Source of the DNA: Bacteroidota bacterium
GTDB taxonomy: Bacteria; Bacteroidota; Ignavibacteria; Kapaibacteriales; UBA2268
Assembly: GCA_029974985.1 (NCBI GenBank)
Contig: JARKQC010000227.1
Coordinates: 88,192 to 152,191 of the forward strand
Direction of reading: 5' to 3'
DNA length: 64,000 nt
Made by a program: the position numbers and the translations under genes
In this document: piece by piece, positions 40,091-49,669 of the stretch
Position numbering within the stretch: the first letter of the stretch is position 1
How the letters are laid out: the number at the start of each line of letters is the position of its first letter
The notes under the pieces: generated by a model
Seen by the model: the letters and a program-made list of their open reading frames with translations, nothing else
What the model was told of the DNA's origin: nothing
Databases searched by the model: none

Positions 40091-41782
40091 ATGAATTATT
40101 TTGTCTCTTTTTTAGTATTTTTAAGCTCGTTTTCTTATCTTTTTAGTAGTAATTATTGCAACATAGAAATTCAAGATACTTTAAATTTCGAAACAATTGA
40201 TTTACGCTCTCAAACAACAAAAAATATTAGTATAAAAAATCTTGGTGATAAAGTTATCACAATTAATCAAATAAAAATAAATTCTTTTTATGATGATTAT
40301 ATATATTTTGATAATCAAAATTTACCTCTGAATATTAATCCGAATGAAGATTATAATTTTAATATAACTTTTATTGCAAAACAAAATATAAATTATCGTG
40401 CAATGATTTTTTTCCAAATAGAGTGTGATGAAAACAAGTTTTCTATCCCAATTTATATAAAAGCTGATATAAGCGTCGAAAATTTGAATCAAGATGCAAA
40501 AATTACAGATAATAAATGGGGTGCTGATTTAGTTAATGCTATTTCGAGTTATTTACAGAATCATAATGCATATTCATACAAAGATGCTCGCAAACTATTT
40601 TGGGCAAGTTTTGACCGCCGTGATAATTTAGTCGAGTGTATTTATACTGGAAAAACTATTGATCCCGGTGATGATCCAGATTTTTCTGATTTAGATAAAA
40701 AAGGTTTTAATACCGAGCATACTTGGCCAAAATCACTTGGTGCAGAGGGTCTGCCGATGGAAAGTGATATTAATCATTTATTTGTAACTGATAAAACTAC
40801 TAACGATAAAAGGGCGAATTATCCTTTTGGAACGGTGGTTTCTAATGTTAGTTATGAAAATGGCGGCTCTAAATTAGGTAAAAATGAAGAGGGCAAAATT
40901 GTTTTCGAGCCGCGTGATATTTCCAAAGGTAACATTGCAAGAGCAATATTTTATTTTGCTGTTAGATATAATAATCCTAATAATTTTCTTGATACGCAAG
41001 AAAATGCTTTACGGCAGTGGCTTATTTCTGACCCCGTAGATGAATTAGAATTAGCAAGAAATGATTCTGTAATAAAATATCAGAAAAAAAGTAATTTATT
41101 TATCGAATTTCCCGAATTATTTGTTAGAGTGCCAAGTATTTCGCAAAAATCATATCCCGAATATAAAGTAAATTATTTCGCGTCTGATTCAATCATTATC
41201 ATAAATTCTACTAATGATTATAATGCAAAATTTTGGATAAGTAATTTTAGCAATTTGTCAAATGGCACAGAAAAAGAATTAGAAATTGAAAAAATGGAAT
41301 TAGCAAAAAATCAATTTTTTACGGTGAATTATGATAAAAATAATATGCAAATCCCATTTAATAGTACAAAAGAATTTGACATTATTTTAAATGAAAAAAA
41401 TATAAATATTGATGATAATTTAAAGATAATTTATAAAGATGGAACTGAGCAAAATATTATTATTAAAGCTGTAAATCCAGCTCTCAGCGTAAATAATTAC
41501 ATCGAAAATAATCTTTTAATTACGAATTATCCAAATCCCGCAACAAATAAAACAACAATAGATATCAAAGGACTAAAATCAGTGCAGAATATTAAGACAA
41601 TAAAAGTTTATGATATGCACTATGGCTTTGTGTCTGATTTAACTAATTCGGTGATAAATCAAGGTGATAACATTCAAGTTGATTTAATTTCAAATAATAA
41701 TATCTCAAAAAATTTAATTTATTTTGTAAGAATTGAATTAACAAATCAAAATATTATTCACCCAATAATTTTTCTAAATTAA
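40091..41782 (+). CDS. Secreted endonuclease I-family nuclease with Ig-like domains and T9SS sorting domain
   Basis: NTEHTWPKS, DINHL..NDKRANYPFG, KGNIARAIFYF; C-terminal YPNPA. Confidence 0.9.
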   Translation: MNYFVSFLVFLSSFSYLFSSNYCNIEIQDTLNFETIDLRSQTTKNISIKNLGDKVITINQIKINSFYDDYIYFDNQNLPLNINPNEDYNFNITFIAKQNINYRAMIFFQIECDENKFSIPIYIKADISVENLNQDAKITDNKWGADLVNAISSYLQNHNAYSYKDARKLFWASFDRRDNLVECIYTGKTIDPGDDPDFSDLDKKGFNTEHTWPKSLGAEGLPMESDINHLFVTDKTTNDKRANYPFGTVVSNVSYENGGSKLGKNEEGKIVFEPRDISKGNIARAIFYFAVRYNNPNNFLDTQENALRQWLISDPVDELELARNDSVIKYQKKSNLFIEFPELFVRVPSISQKSYPEYKVNYFASDSIIIINSTNDYNAKFWISNFSNLSNGTEKELEIEKMELAKNQFFTVNYDKNNMQIPFNSTKEFDIILNEKNINIDDNLKIIYKDGTEQNIIIKAVNPALSVNNYIENNLLITNYPNPATNKTTIDIKGLKSVQNIKTIKVYDMHYGFVSDLTNSVINQGDNIQVDLISNNNISKNLIYFVRIELTNQNIIHPIIFLN

Positions 41783-41783
41783 A

Positions 41784-42386
41784 ATGAATAATATACAAAA
41801 TTTATTAAAAATTGATATTCCAATTATTCTTGCATCTAAATCTCCAAGAAGGAAAAATTTACTTCAGATGTTGGGTTTAGATTTTAAAATTATTGTTGCA
41901 GATGTTGATGAAAGTATTGATACAAGTTTGTTACCTGAAAAATATTGCACTTTATTATCGGAAAATAAAGCAAAAAAAGTGGCAGAATTAATTGATTACG
42001 AAGCTCTGATAATTTCTGCTGATACGATAGTTGTTCTCGATGGGAAAATTATTAATAAACCTGAATCAAAAAGTGAAGCTTTTGAAATGTTAAATAGTTT
42101 AAGCGACAATACTCATCAAGTTTTTACGGGGATTACTCTTTTAAACTCAAAATCAAGGAAAGAATTAACGGATTATAAACTTTCGTATGTAAGTTTTCGT
42201 AAATTAGATAGTGATGAAATCAATGCTTATATTGATTCTGGTTCACCTTTTGATAAAGCAGGTGGCTACGGTATCCAAGATGATTTCGGCGCTGTATTTG
42301 TTAAGGAAATTAAAGGCTGTTTTTATAATGTAGTTGGCTTGCCACTCGAATTATTATACTCATCAATTAAAAAATTTCAATCATAA
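41784..42386 (+). CDS. maf: Maf nucleoside triphosphate pyrophosphatase
   Basis: ILASKSPRR, SADTIV, DKAGGYGIQ, NVVGLP. Confidence 0.96.
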   Translation: MNNIQNLLKIDIPIILASKSPRRKNLLQMLGLDFKIIVADVDESIDTSLLPEKYCTLLSENKAKKVAELIDYEALIISADTIVVLDGKIINKPESKSEAFEMLNSLSDNTHQVFTGITLLNSKSRKELTDYKLSYVSFRKLDSDEINAYIDSGSPFDKAGGYGIQDDFGAVFVKEIKGCFYNVVGLPLELLYSSIKKFQS

Positions 42387-42392
42387 AATTAT

Positions 42393-43271
42393 ATGCAGAA
42401 AAAGTTAAAAGAAAATATTAATAATTGGATAATGTTAATGCCATGGATTTTAACATTTGCAATTTTTTGGCTTTATCCATTGATTTATGCCGCATATTTA
42501 AGTATGACTGATTATTTTACTTTAAGTGGTGAATCTGTTTTTATTGGTTTTGATAATTATATTGCAATTTTTAAAGATGAAATTTTTTGGAAAGCGTTAT
42601 CAAATACTTTTATTTTTACAGTTGGTACAGTTCCCGTTACTACTTCTTTAGCTTTATTACTCGCTTCTTTTTTAAATAGTAAAATCGTTAAGTTTAAAGA
42701 ATTTTTTAGAGCTTCGTATTTTATGCCAACAGTAAGTTCATTAGTTGTAATTTCCTTGATTTTCACAAATTTATATTCGAAAGATGGTTATATAAATTCA
42801 ATACTTGCAATGTTAAATTTACCCTATCCCAAGCTCGGCTGGCTATTAGAACCAAGCACTTCGCTACTTTCGATTATGATTATGGACGTTTGGACTGCTA
42901 CGGGATATTATATGGTTTTAATACTTGCGGGAATGCAAGTTATTCCAAATGATTTATACGAATCTGCTCGGCTTTCGGGTGCTAATAGTAGGCAAATATT
43001 TTTTAAAATTACTCTGCCTTTATTAAAGCCAACATTACTATTTATACTTGTAATAAATACTATAAAATCATTTCAAGTATTTATCGAAATATTCATAATG
43101 ACAAAAGGTGGACCGCTAAATTCCACTACAACACTTGTATATATGATATTTGTAAATGCTTTTGAAAAATCTGATAAAATGGGTTATGCATCAGCACTTG
43201 CATTTATATTATTTTTTATTTTGATTATTTTTAGTCTGCTACAAATGAAATTACTTAAAGAAAAAGATTGA
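42393..43271 (+). CDS. Carbohydrate ABC transporter permease (no partner subunits adjacent)
   Basis: EAA loop LYESARLSGA, ITLPLLKPT, TKGGP. Confidence 0.93.
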   Translation: MQKKLKENINNWIMLMPWILTFAIFWLYPLIYAAYLSMTDYFTLSGESVFIGFDNYIAIFKDEIFWKALSNTFIFTVGTVPVTTSLALLLASFLNSKIVKFKEFFRASYFMPTVSSLVVISLIFTNLYSKDGYINSILAMLNLPYPKLGWLLEPSTSLLSIMIMDVWTATGYYMVLILAGMQVIPNDLYESARLSGANSRQIFFKITLPLLKPTLLFILVINTIKSFQVFIEIFIMTKGGPLNSTTTLVYMIFVNAFEKSDKMGYASALAFILFFILIIFSLLQMKLLKEKD

Positions 43272-43894
43272 TTATGCTAATATTATTAATACTTGTTATA
43301 TCATATTTAATTGGAACGATACCGAGTTCGTTTATAATTGTAAAAATTTTTGATAAAAAGAATATTTTTGAAAGTGGAACGGGCAATCCCGGTGCAATGA
43401 ATAGCTATGAAGTTACGGGTCGAAAATCAATAGGATTCCTTGTTCTAATTGCTGATTTATTAAAAGGAATTTTAGCGGCATATATATCTTTTTTATTAGC
43501 AAAAAATGATATAAAATTACTTATGGTTGGCTTGATTTGGGTTGTCATTGGGCATAATTATAATATATTTTTTTCTGGTAAAGGTGGACGTGGGCTTGCT
43601 ACAGCGGCAGGTACATTCGGGATATTAAATCCAATGTTTGTTGTATCATGGCTTATTTCTTGGCTTTTAGGATATTTTGTAATACAAAAAAATGTGCATA
43701 TAGCTAATGCTATTGCTCTACTTGGAGGACCTATTTTAGTTTTTTCTACTCCATCGGAATTATTTCAAATTACTGAAATTTTGCACGTTTCTCAAATTTT
43801 TACATTGAAAATTGCATATACTATTGTATGTTTTATTATACTTTTACGTCATATAAAACCTCTGAAAGAATTAGCTGGAATTAAGGAGAAATAA
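43268..43894 (+). CDS. plsY: Glycerol-3-phosphate acyltransferase
   Basis: YLIGTIP, GTGNPGAMN, DLLKG, GHNY, KGGRGLATA, LRH. Confidence 0.9.
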   Translation: MIMLILLILVISYLIGTIPSSFIIVKIFDKKNIFESGTGNPGAMNSYEVTGRKSIGFLVLIADLLKGILAAYISFLLAKNDIKLLMVGLIWVVIGHNYNIFFSGKGGRGLATAAGTFGILNPMFVVSWLISWLLGYFVIQKNVHIANAIALLGGPILVFSTPSELFQITEILHVSQIFTLKIAYTIVCFIILLRHIKPLKELAGIKEK

Positions 43895-43896
43895 TT

Positions 43897-44643
43897 TTGG
43901 CATTTTTTGAATACGAAGGTAATCAAGTATTTTATGAGGAACTTGGCTCGGGCAAACCGCTTTTGCTTCTACACGGAAATGCTGTTTCATCAAAATTGTT
44001 TAATGATTATAGAGAATTTCTTGCGGAAAAATTTAGAGTAATAATGCTTGATTTCCCCGGTCTTGGACGTTCATCGAGATTGATAACTTTTCGTGATGAT
44101 TTTTGGCTATATAATGCAAAAGTTAGCTTTCAACTTATGGATATGCTCGGTTATGATAAATTTGATATAATTGGCACAAGTGGAGGAGCTATTACGGGAT
44201 TAAATATGTGTGTTTTACAGCCCGAAAGAATTGGAAAAATTATTGCAGATAGTTTTTTTGGCGATTCATTATCTTTTGAAGATGCTGAATATTTAGTAAA
44301 TAAAAGACAAAAATCGAAAAATAATTTTATGACTGTCCAATATTGGAAATTCCATAATGGTGACGATTGGGAAGGCGTAATTGATAATGATTGCGATTTA
44401 ATGTTAAATTTTACATCAAAAAATTTACCAGCAATATATGGTGATTTAAGCAAAATTAGTGCAGAAACTCTTTTTGTAGCAACTTCAACAGATGAATTAT
44501 TACCAAATATTTTGTCCAGACTCGATGAATTAGCAGAAAAAATTCCTAATGTTAAGAAAAAATATTATGATTATGGACGTCATACATTTATGATAACCGA
44601 AAAAGAAGAATTTCGCAAAATAATTCATGAATTTTTATTATAA
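43897..44643 (+). CDS. Alpha/beta hydrolase
   Basis: LLLHG, DFPGLGRS, GTSGG nucleophile elbow, C-terminal His. Confidence 0.9.
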   Translation: MAFFEYEGNQVFYEELGSGKPLLLLHGNAVSSKLFNDYREFLAEKFRVIMLDFPGLGRSSRLITFRDDFWLYNAKVSFQLMDMLGYDKFDIIGTSGGAITGLNMCVLQPERIGKIIADSFFGDSLSFEDAEYLVNKRQKSKNNFMTVQYWKFHNGDDWEGVIDNDCDLMLNFTSKNLPAIYGDLSKISAETLFVATSTDELLPNILSRLDELAEKIPNVKKKYYDYGRHTFMITEKEEFRKIIHEFLL

Positions 44644-44655
44644 TGATTTGAAAAG

Positions 44656-45369
44656 ATGAAAAAGAGTACAAAAAAATATATTAATTTCCTAATTTTTATT
44701 GTTTTGGGATATTTTTTACAAAATAATAATTTAAATAGCAATACAATTTCACCCATTGATATTGATAGCATAAAAGCACAAATAATTGATGAAAAATCTG
44801 ACTTTTTTTATCCAAAACTATATACAAAATACTCCCAAAATGATACAAATATATCTAATAATGAATATCGTTATTTATATTACGGACATTCTTTACAACC
44901 ATATTTTGATCCAAGAATTATTAAAACAAATGATTCTGTAATCGCTTTAAGAAAGTATTTGTATTCTAAACAAATTGATTATAGAAGAGTTATCGAATTA
45001 TCAAATTTTGTATTACGACTCGACCCATTTTATCTCGATGGAATTTATTTACTTAGCTCATCTTATGAAAAAACGGGTGATAGCATAAAAGCAAATTTAT
45101 TCCGCAATAAATATTATAATCTTATAAATACTATTTGGACATCTGGCGACGGTAAAACGCCCGAAACTGCATTTTATGTAATTTCATTATCCGATGAATA
45201 TGCACTAATCGAGGCATTAGGATTAAAAATTAATGAGCATAATTCAAAGAAAATTAATGAAAAAATGTATGATGTCGTAACTATTGGACCTAATGAAATG
45301 GGTTACGAACAAATATATTTTAATATCGAACTATTTTATGATAAATTAATAAATAGAGGGAAAAAATGA
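44656..45369 (+). CDS. DUF4919-like secreted protein
   Basis: YRYLYYG, SGDGKTPETAFYVISLSDEY. Confidence 0.75.
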   Translation: MKKSTKKYINFLIFIVLGYFLQNNNLNSNTISPIDIDSIKAQIIDEKSDFFYPKLYTKYSQNDTNISNNEYRYLYYGHSLQPYFDPRIIKTNDSVIALRKYLYSKQIDYRRVIELSNFVLRLDPFYLDGIYLLSSSYEKTGDSIKANLFRNKYYNLINTIWTSGDGKTPETAFYVISLSDEYALIEALGLKINEHNSKKINEKMYDVVTIGPNEMGYEQIYFNIELFYDKLINRGKK

Positions 45370-46166
45370 ACTCTTACGAAAAATTATTAGAATTTCAAAA
45401 AGTAAAAAATTCACGACTTTGCGTCGGATTAGACACAGATATAAACAAATTGCCAAGTCCGTTTGCAAAAAATATTGACTCAATACTCGATTTTAATGCT
45501 GAAATTATTGATTCAACAATAGAACACGCTTCTGCTTACAAAATTAATTTTGCTTTCTATGAGCAATACGGTAGCAAAGGTTTCGAAATAATTAAAGAAA
45601 CTATAAATCTAATTAAAGATAAAGCCTTTGTTATTGCAGATGCAAAACGTGGCGATATTGGAAACACATCAGAAGCCTATGCTAAATCTGTATATGAATA
45701 TTTTGATGCTGATTCTATAACAGTTGCACCATATATGGGCGAAGATTCGATAATACCTTTTTTAAAATATGATGACAAGATGACATTTATTTTAGCACTA
45801 ACATCAAACTCTGGTTCAAATGATTTTCAGCGATTAGAAATTAATAATAAGCCGCTATTTATGCACGTAATCGAAAAATCATTAACTTGGGGAAATGAAA
45901 AAAATATTGGTTTTGTTACTGGCGCTACTCATCCCAGCGATATCGAGCTTATTCGTGAATTTATTCCAAATTATGTACTTTTGTTGCCAGGCGTTGGAGC
46001 GCAAGGTGCTAATATTGAGCGTTTGATGATTGCAAATAATAATGGACCTTGCATTATCAATGCTTCACGTGGAGTGATTTATGCTGGCACTGGCGAAAAT
46101 TATAAACATTTTGTCAATTTAAAAGCAAATTACTACAAAAGCGAATTTAATAAATATATAATTTAA
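45366..46166 (+). CDS. pyrF: Orotidine-5'-phosphate decarboxylase
   Basis: LCVGLD, DAKRGDIGNT, PGVGAQG, NASR. Confidence 0.96.
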   Translation: MNSYEKLLEFQKVKNSRLCVGLDTDINKLPSPFAKNIDSILDFNAEIIDSTIEHASAYKINFAFYEQYGSKGFEIIKETINLIKDKAFVIADAKRGDIGNTSEAYAKSVYEYFDADSITVAPYMGEDSIIPFLKYDDKMTFILALTSNSGSNDFQRLEINNKPLFMHVIEKSLTWGNEKNIGFVTGATHPSDIELIREFIPNYVLLLPGVGAQGANIERLMIANNNGPCIINASRGVIYAGTGENYKHFVNLKANYYKSEFNKYII

Positions 46167-46210
46167 AATTTTTGGTTTTTTTTGAGAGAATTTTTATATA
46201 TAAGTTCACA

Positions 46211-46405
46211 TTAAATTTTATCTAAACTTATATCAATATCGCCATTAAATTCATTATGCGGAATTTTTAGTTTTTGTAAGATTTTTCCAAATCTTTTGTA
46301 GCGATTTTTATTTCTTCATTCAACCCATTTTACTTTTAGTAATTGAGCTTGTTGTTTATTAAGAACAGATAATTTGTCTGCAACGAATACATCGCTTTGG
46401 CGAGC
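46211..46405 (-). pseudogene. C-terminal remnant of a putative CfrBI-like type II restriction endonuclease with internal TGA
   Basis: ARQSDVFVADKLSVLNKQQAQLLKVKWVE*RNKNRYKRFGKILQKLKIPHNEFNGDIDISLDKI*; family recognised from memory only. Confidence 0.45.
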
Positions 46406-46589
46406 AAAAATTGGAGAAATAGCGGCAATTCATATTAATAATAAATATTATATAAAAAGAATTGATGGAAAAGTGGGGAATATAGTTTTGCGATCAGAAA
46501 ATCCCGAATATTTGCCATATATAGTTACTGCTGAAGATAAATTCAAAATTATTGGATTAGTAACCAATATTATAAAAAAGGTTTTATAA
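46400..46589 (+). pseudogene. C-terminal remnant of an S24 (LexA/UmuD/CI-type) peptidase domain
   Basis: AKIGEIAAIHINNKYYIKR..LRSENPEY..FKIIGLV; catalytic Ser segment and DNA-binding domain missing. Confidence 0.75.
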
Positions 46590-46870
46590 TGGATATTAAT
46601 TTTCGTTTTGACGATGTATTTTTTGAAGATTTGCCCGCTGAAGATAAATCTATAAACGAACTTATTATTCTTGTTATGAAATATGCGCGTGGTGATAAAA
46701 TTAAAAATAATAAATATTCTCGCTATGAAATTGAAAAAATGGCTCGAAAACTTGTAATCGAAGGCTTTATTCGTGGTACTCCACTCGATAATGATAAATG
46801 TGTGTGGTCAACTTTAACGCGTCGAGGTGAGTTATGGTTAGAAATCACAGAAAGGCAAAACAAATATTAG
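46589..46870 (+). CDS. Hypothetical 93-aa protein, possibly winged-helix
   Basis: TAATG coupling to the S24 remnant; LVIEGFIRG..LTRRGELWL. Confidence 0.6.
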   Translation: MDINFRFDDVFFEDLPAEDKSINELIILVMKYARGDKIKNNKYSRYEIEKMARKLVIEGFIRGTPLDNDKCVWSTLTRRGELWLEITERQNKY

Positions 46871-46887
46871 TTATTTGTAGAGAGCGG

Positions 46888-46994
46888 GTAGGATAAGCAT
46901 TCTTGCTTGTTTAGTATTAAAAGATGTCCTACACCTGCGAGGATGTAGGACATCTGAAAACTTAATTAGGCAGGCAACGGGGCATGCCCCGTTG
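46888..46994. repeat. Cluster of REP-like palindromes
   Basis: GTAGGATAAGCATTCTTGCTTGT (46888-46910); AGATGTCCTACA..TGTAGGACATCT (46922-46955); CAACGGGGCATGCCCCGTTG (46975-46994). Confidence 0.8.
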
Positions 46995-47059
46995 TTTTTT
47001 TCATAGGAGCAAAATTCTTTTTTACTCCACAACCAAAAATTTATCTGATTAGCTGTTTG

Positions 47060-48082
47060 TTATAATATATCATCTTGATTTTTGTATTTCATTTTTGCGA
47101 TTTCGATAGCTTTGTGTAGTTTGTCTTTTAATACTTTCTTAGAAGGTAATACTGTATAATATTCTGCTACCCGAATATTGTTTTGCTCTAATTGTAGTAA
47201 TTCAATATGCTCTTGATTTTTTCCCGTACATAGTATTAATCCAATAGGAGAATTTTCGCCCTCGTAATGCTCGTATTTTTCTAAATATCTTAAGTATAAT
47301 TCCATTTGACCTTTATACGCAGCCTCAAACTCGCCAATTTTCAAATCTATTGCAACCAAACATTTTAGCCTACGGTGATAAAACAATAAATCTATATGAT
47401 AATCTCGATTATCTATTGTAATTCTTTTCTGACGTTTCAAAAATGCAAAATCATTACCTAATTCACTTATAAATCGTTGAAGTTCTAATATAATAGCACT
47501 TTCCAAATCTTTTTCTGAATATGTGTCGTGCAAGCCAAGAAAATCTAATATATAAGGGTCTCGAAATAATAAATCAGCACTTGCTTTTGCTTCTTTTTTT
47601 AATAATTCTAAATCATTCCTTATAGTTAATTCTGGTTTTTTACTTATTACAGTACGTTCATAAAGCATTGACTTCATACGTTCTTGTAGTGTCCGTACAC
47701 TCCAATGCTCCAACTTACTCATTTCTATATAAAACTCGCGTTTAAGAGGGTCATCTATATAGATAATAGTTTTTAGATGTGTCCAACTCAATTGTCTCCG
47801 CACTGCGGAGACAATTTGTTCATCTGGAAAAGTCTCTGCGAAACGAAGACAATGTCTTAACTATTTTTCACTCCACCCACGTCCGTATTCTATCGTCAAT
47901 TCATTAGATAAAGTTGTAATAATTTGCCGTCCATAATATGCTCTTTTTTCTTTAAGTACTTCAGTATTTATCTTTTTACCAATTTTCCAATATAGTAGAG
48001 TGAGTTCAGAATTAATAGCTAAAGCTACATTCTGTCTGCTCTGTTCTATCAGGTCTCGGATTTCTTTTGCTAAATTGAGCAT
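47060..48082 (-). pseudogene. Full-length YhcG/DUF1016 PD-(D/E)XK nuclease split by one in-frame TAG at 47861-47863
   Basis: Both ORFs share a frame: GRGWSEK*LRHCLRFAETFPDEQIVSAVRRQLSWTH; RDPYILDFL, IDLLFYH, DLK, GQMELY. Confidence 0.9.
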
Positions 48083-48175
48083 AATGTTTAAATCAATCTT
48101 AAATGTTCTTCCAAATAAGTATAAATACTAAATATATAATTTTTTAGTGTAATATTTTATTCAAAAATTGCTTAC

Positions 48176-49402
48176 TCACTCCACCACCAAAAACTTATCT
48201 GAAAAACTCGCATTTCCATCTTGAATATTGATTAAATAAGTACCCGAACTTAAATTTAATGGTATTTCTATTCTATCGCTTGCTGAAACTGATTGTTTAT
48301 ACAGTATTTTGCCCATTATGTCGCTAATAGATAAAGTTATATCTGGTGATACGGCTTCATAATCCATTATTCTTAGTAAACCATTACTATAATTTATTTT
48401 TAGATTTATTATTGATTTACTTATCTTTTTATCTACACTTACTACATCGTTCCAATCAATTTTATAGCCTATATATGAACTCGATATATATAAGGAATCA
48501 TCAAGATATATTGGATAGTCAAATGCTGGTATCATATATTCAAATTTTTTATTATTTTCTAAATCAAAGAAAAGAATATCATTATTTTTACCATTTCCAT
48601 AAGCAAAGATTTTATCATCTTGTCTAAGCGTTATAAAACTGTTATATTGCATATCATAATCAAATATTTTCAGATTTTTTATAAGCTCTTTTTTTTCAAG
48701 ATCATAAATACATATATAAGAGTATGGTTTATCGTCTTCAGGTAGTTTTTTATATTCTGCATAAGCGATATAATTTTTAGTATTATAGAAACTGAAAGGA
48801 AACTTTCCGTTAACAGGTATCTTTTTTTCCATAATTATTTCACGCAATTCTCTGTCAAATATTAAAAAAATTGTTTCTTCGGAATTAGATGTTTTTTGAA
48901 GATGAATAACAACGAAGCGTGCATCGTTAGATGTTACAAAACTTGGATAAATTGTAGTATATGTGAAATTATTAGGTGTATTAGGAATTTTAAAACTATC
49001 TAATAATTCTGCGGTATTTCCATTTTTAATGATTATACTATGATTAGTACTCATATAAATCATTGAAGAGTCAGAATTTTCGGGTATTCCAACAACGATA
49101 TCAATACGCTCTTTTGTTTTTACATCATATTCATATAAATATTTTTTCTCATAAGCGTAAAATTTATCCCCCCAATAATTAGTGCGTACAAAAGGTAAAG
49201 CAGAAAAAATAATTTCTCCATTTGTCAAGTCAATAAGATGCTCTCTATCTTTGATAGTTGCAACTGAAAGTTTGCCGGGGACGCACAATCTTTTAAATCT
49301 AAAATTATCATCGCTTCTATCCCAAATAATATTTAAATGGGCAATACTTTGAATTGTAAAAAATATAATTACAAATATTAATAATAGAAAAAATCGTTTC
49401 AT
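48176..49402 (-). CDS. T9SS-sorted protein, probably beta-propeller-like
   Basis: Signal peptide; IYDLE/FFDLE strands; ISDIMGKIL..LSSGTYLI..KFLVVE. Confidence 0.8.
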   Translation of the reverse strand: MKRFFLLLIFVIIFFTIQSIAHLNIIWDRSDDNFRFKRLCVPGKLSVATIKDREHLIDLTNGEIIFSALPFVRTNYWGDKFYAYEKKYLYEYDVKTKERIDIVVGIPENSDSSMIYMSTNHSIIIKNGNTAELLDSFKIPNTPNNFTYTTIYPSFVTSNDARFVVIHLQKTSNSEETIFLIFDRELREIIMEKKIPVNGKFPFSFYNTKNYIAYAEYKKLPEDDKPYSYICIYDLEKKELIKNLKIFDYDMQYNSFITLRQDDKIFAYGNGKNNDILFFDLENNKKFEYMIPAFDYPIYLDDSLYISSSYIGYKIDWNDVVSVDKKISKSIINLKINYSNGLLRIMDYEAVSPDITLSISDIMGKILYKQSVSASDRIEIPLNLSSGTYLINIQDGNASFSDKFLVVE

Positions 49403-49464
49403 AATTTTGTTCCTAAATTAATTTAATCAAAATTCAATTATTGAAATTTTTTTATTTTTTCTTT

Positions 49465-49656
49465 ACCTAGTTGTCCTACACTTTTAAAGTGTAGGACAAG
49501 AGGCTGTCTCAAAAGTATTTTTAGAAAATTCTTTCAAAAAAACGACCTTAATAAATCGCCCACATTGAGTTTTTTTTAATAAAGGTCATCATTTTTGATA
49601 GATTTTTTTTTCCCTGATACGACCTAGTTGTCCTACACTTTTAAAGTGTAGGACAA
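49465..49656. repeat. Two identical 35-bp GTAG-type REP hairpins (49465-49499, 49622-49656) flanking a 122-bp spacer
   Basis: acctagttgtcctacacttttaaagtgtaggacaa twice; spacer begins GAGGCTGTCTCAAAAGT. Confidence 0.85.
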
Positions 49657-49669
49657 CAAAAAAAACTCT

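Noticed and set aside
21491-47863. Alternative genetic code or stop readthrough explaining the in-frame stops
   Set aside because: The interrupting stops are TAA, TGA and TAG in different accessory genes, and core genes end normally with all three codons; pseudogenisation is simpler.
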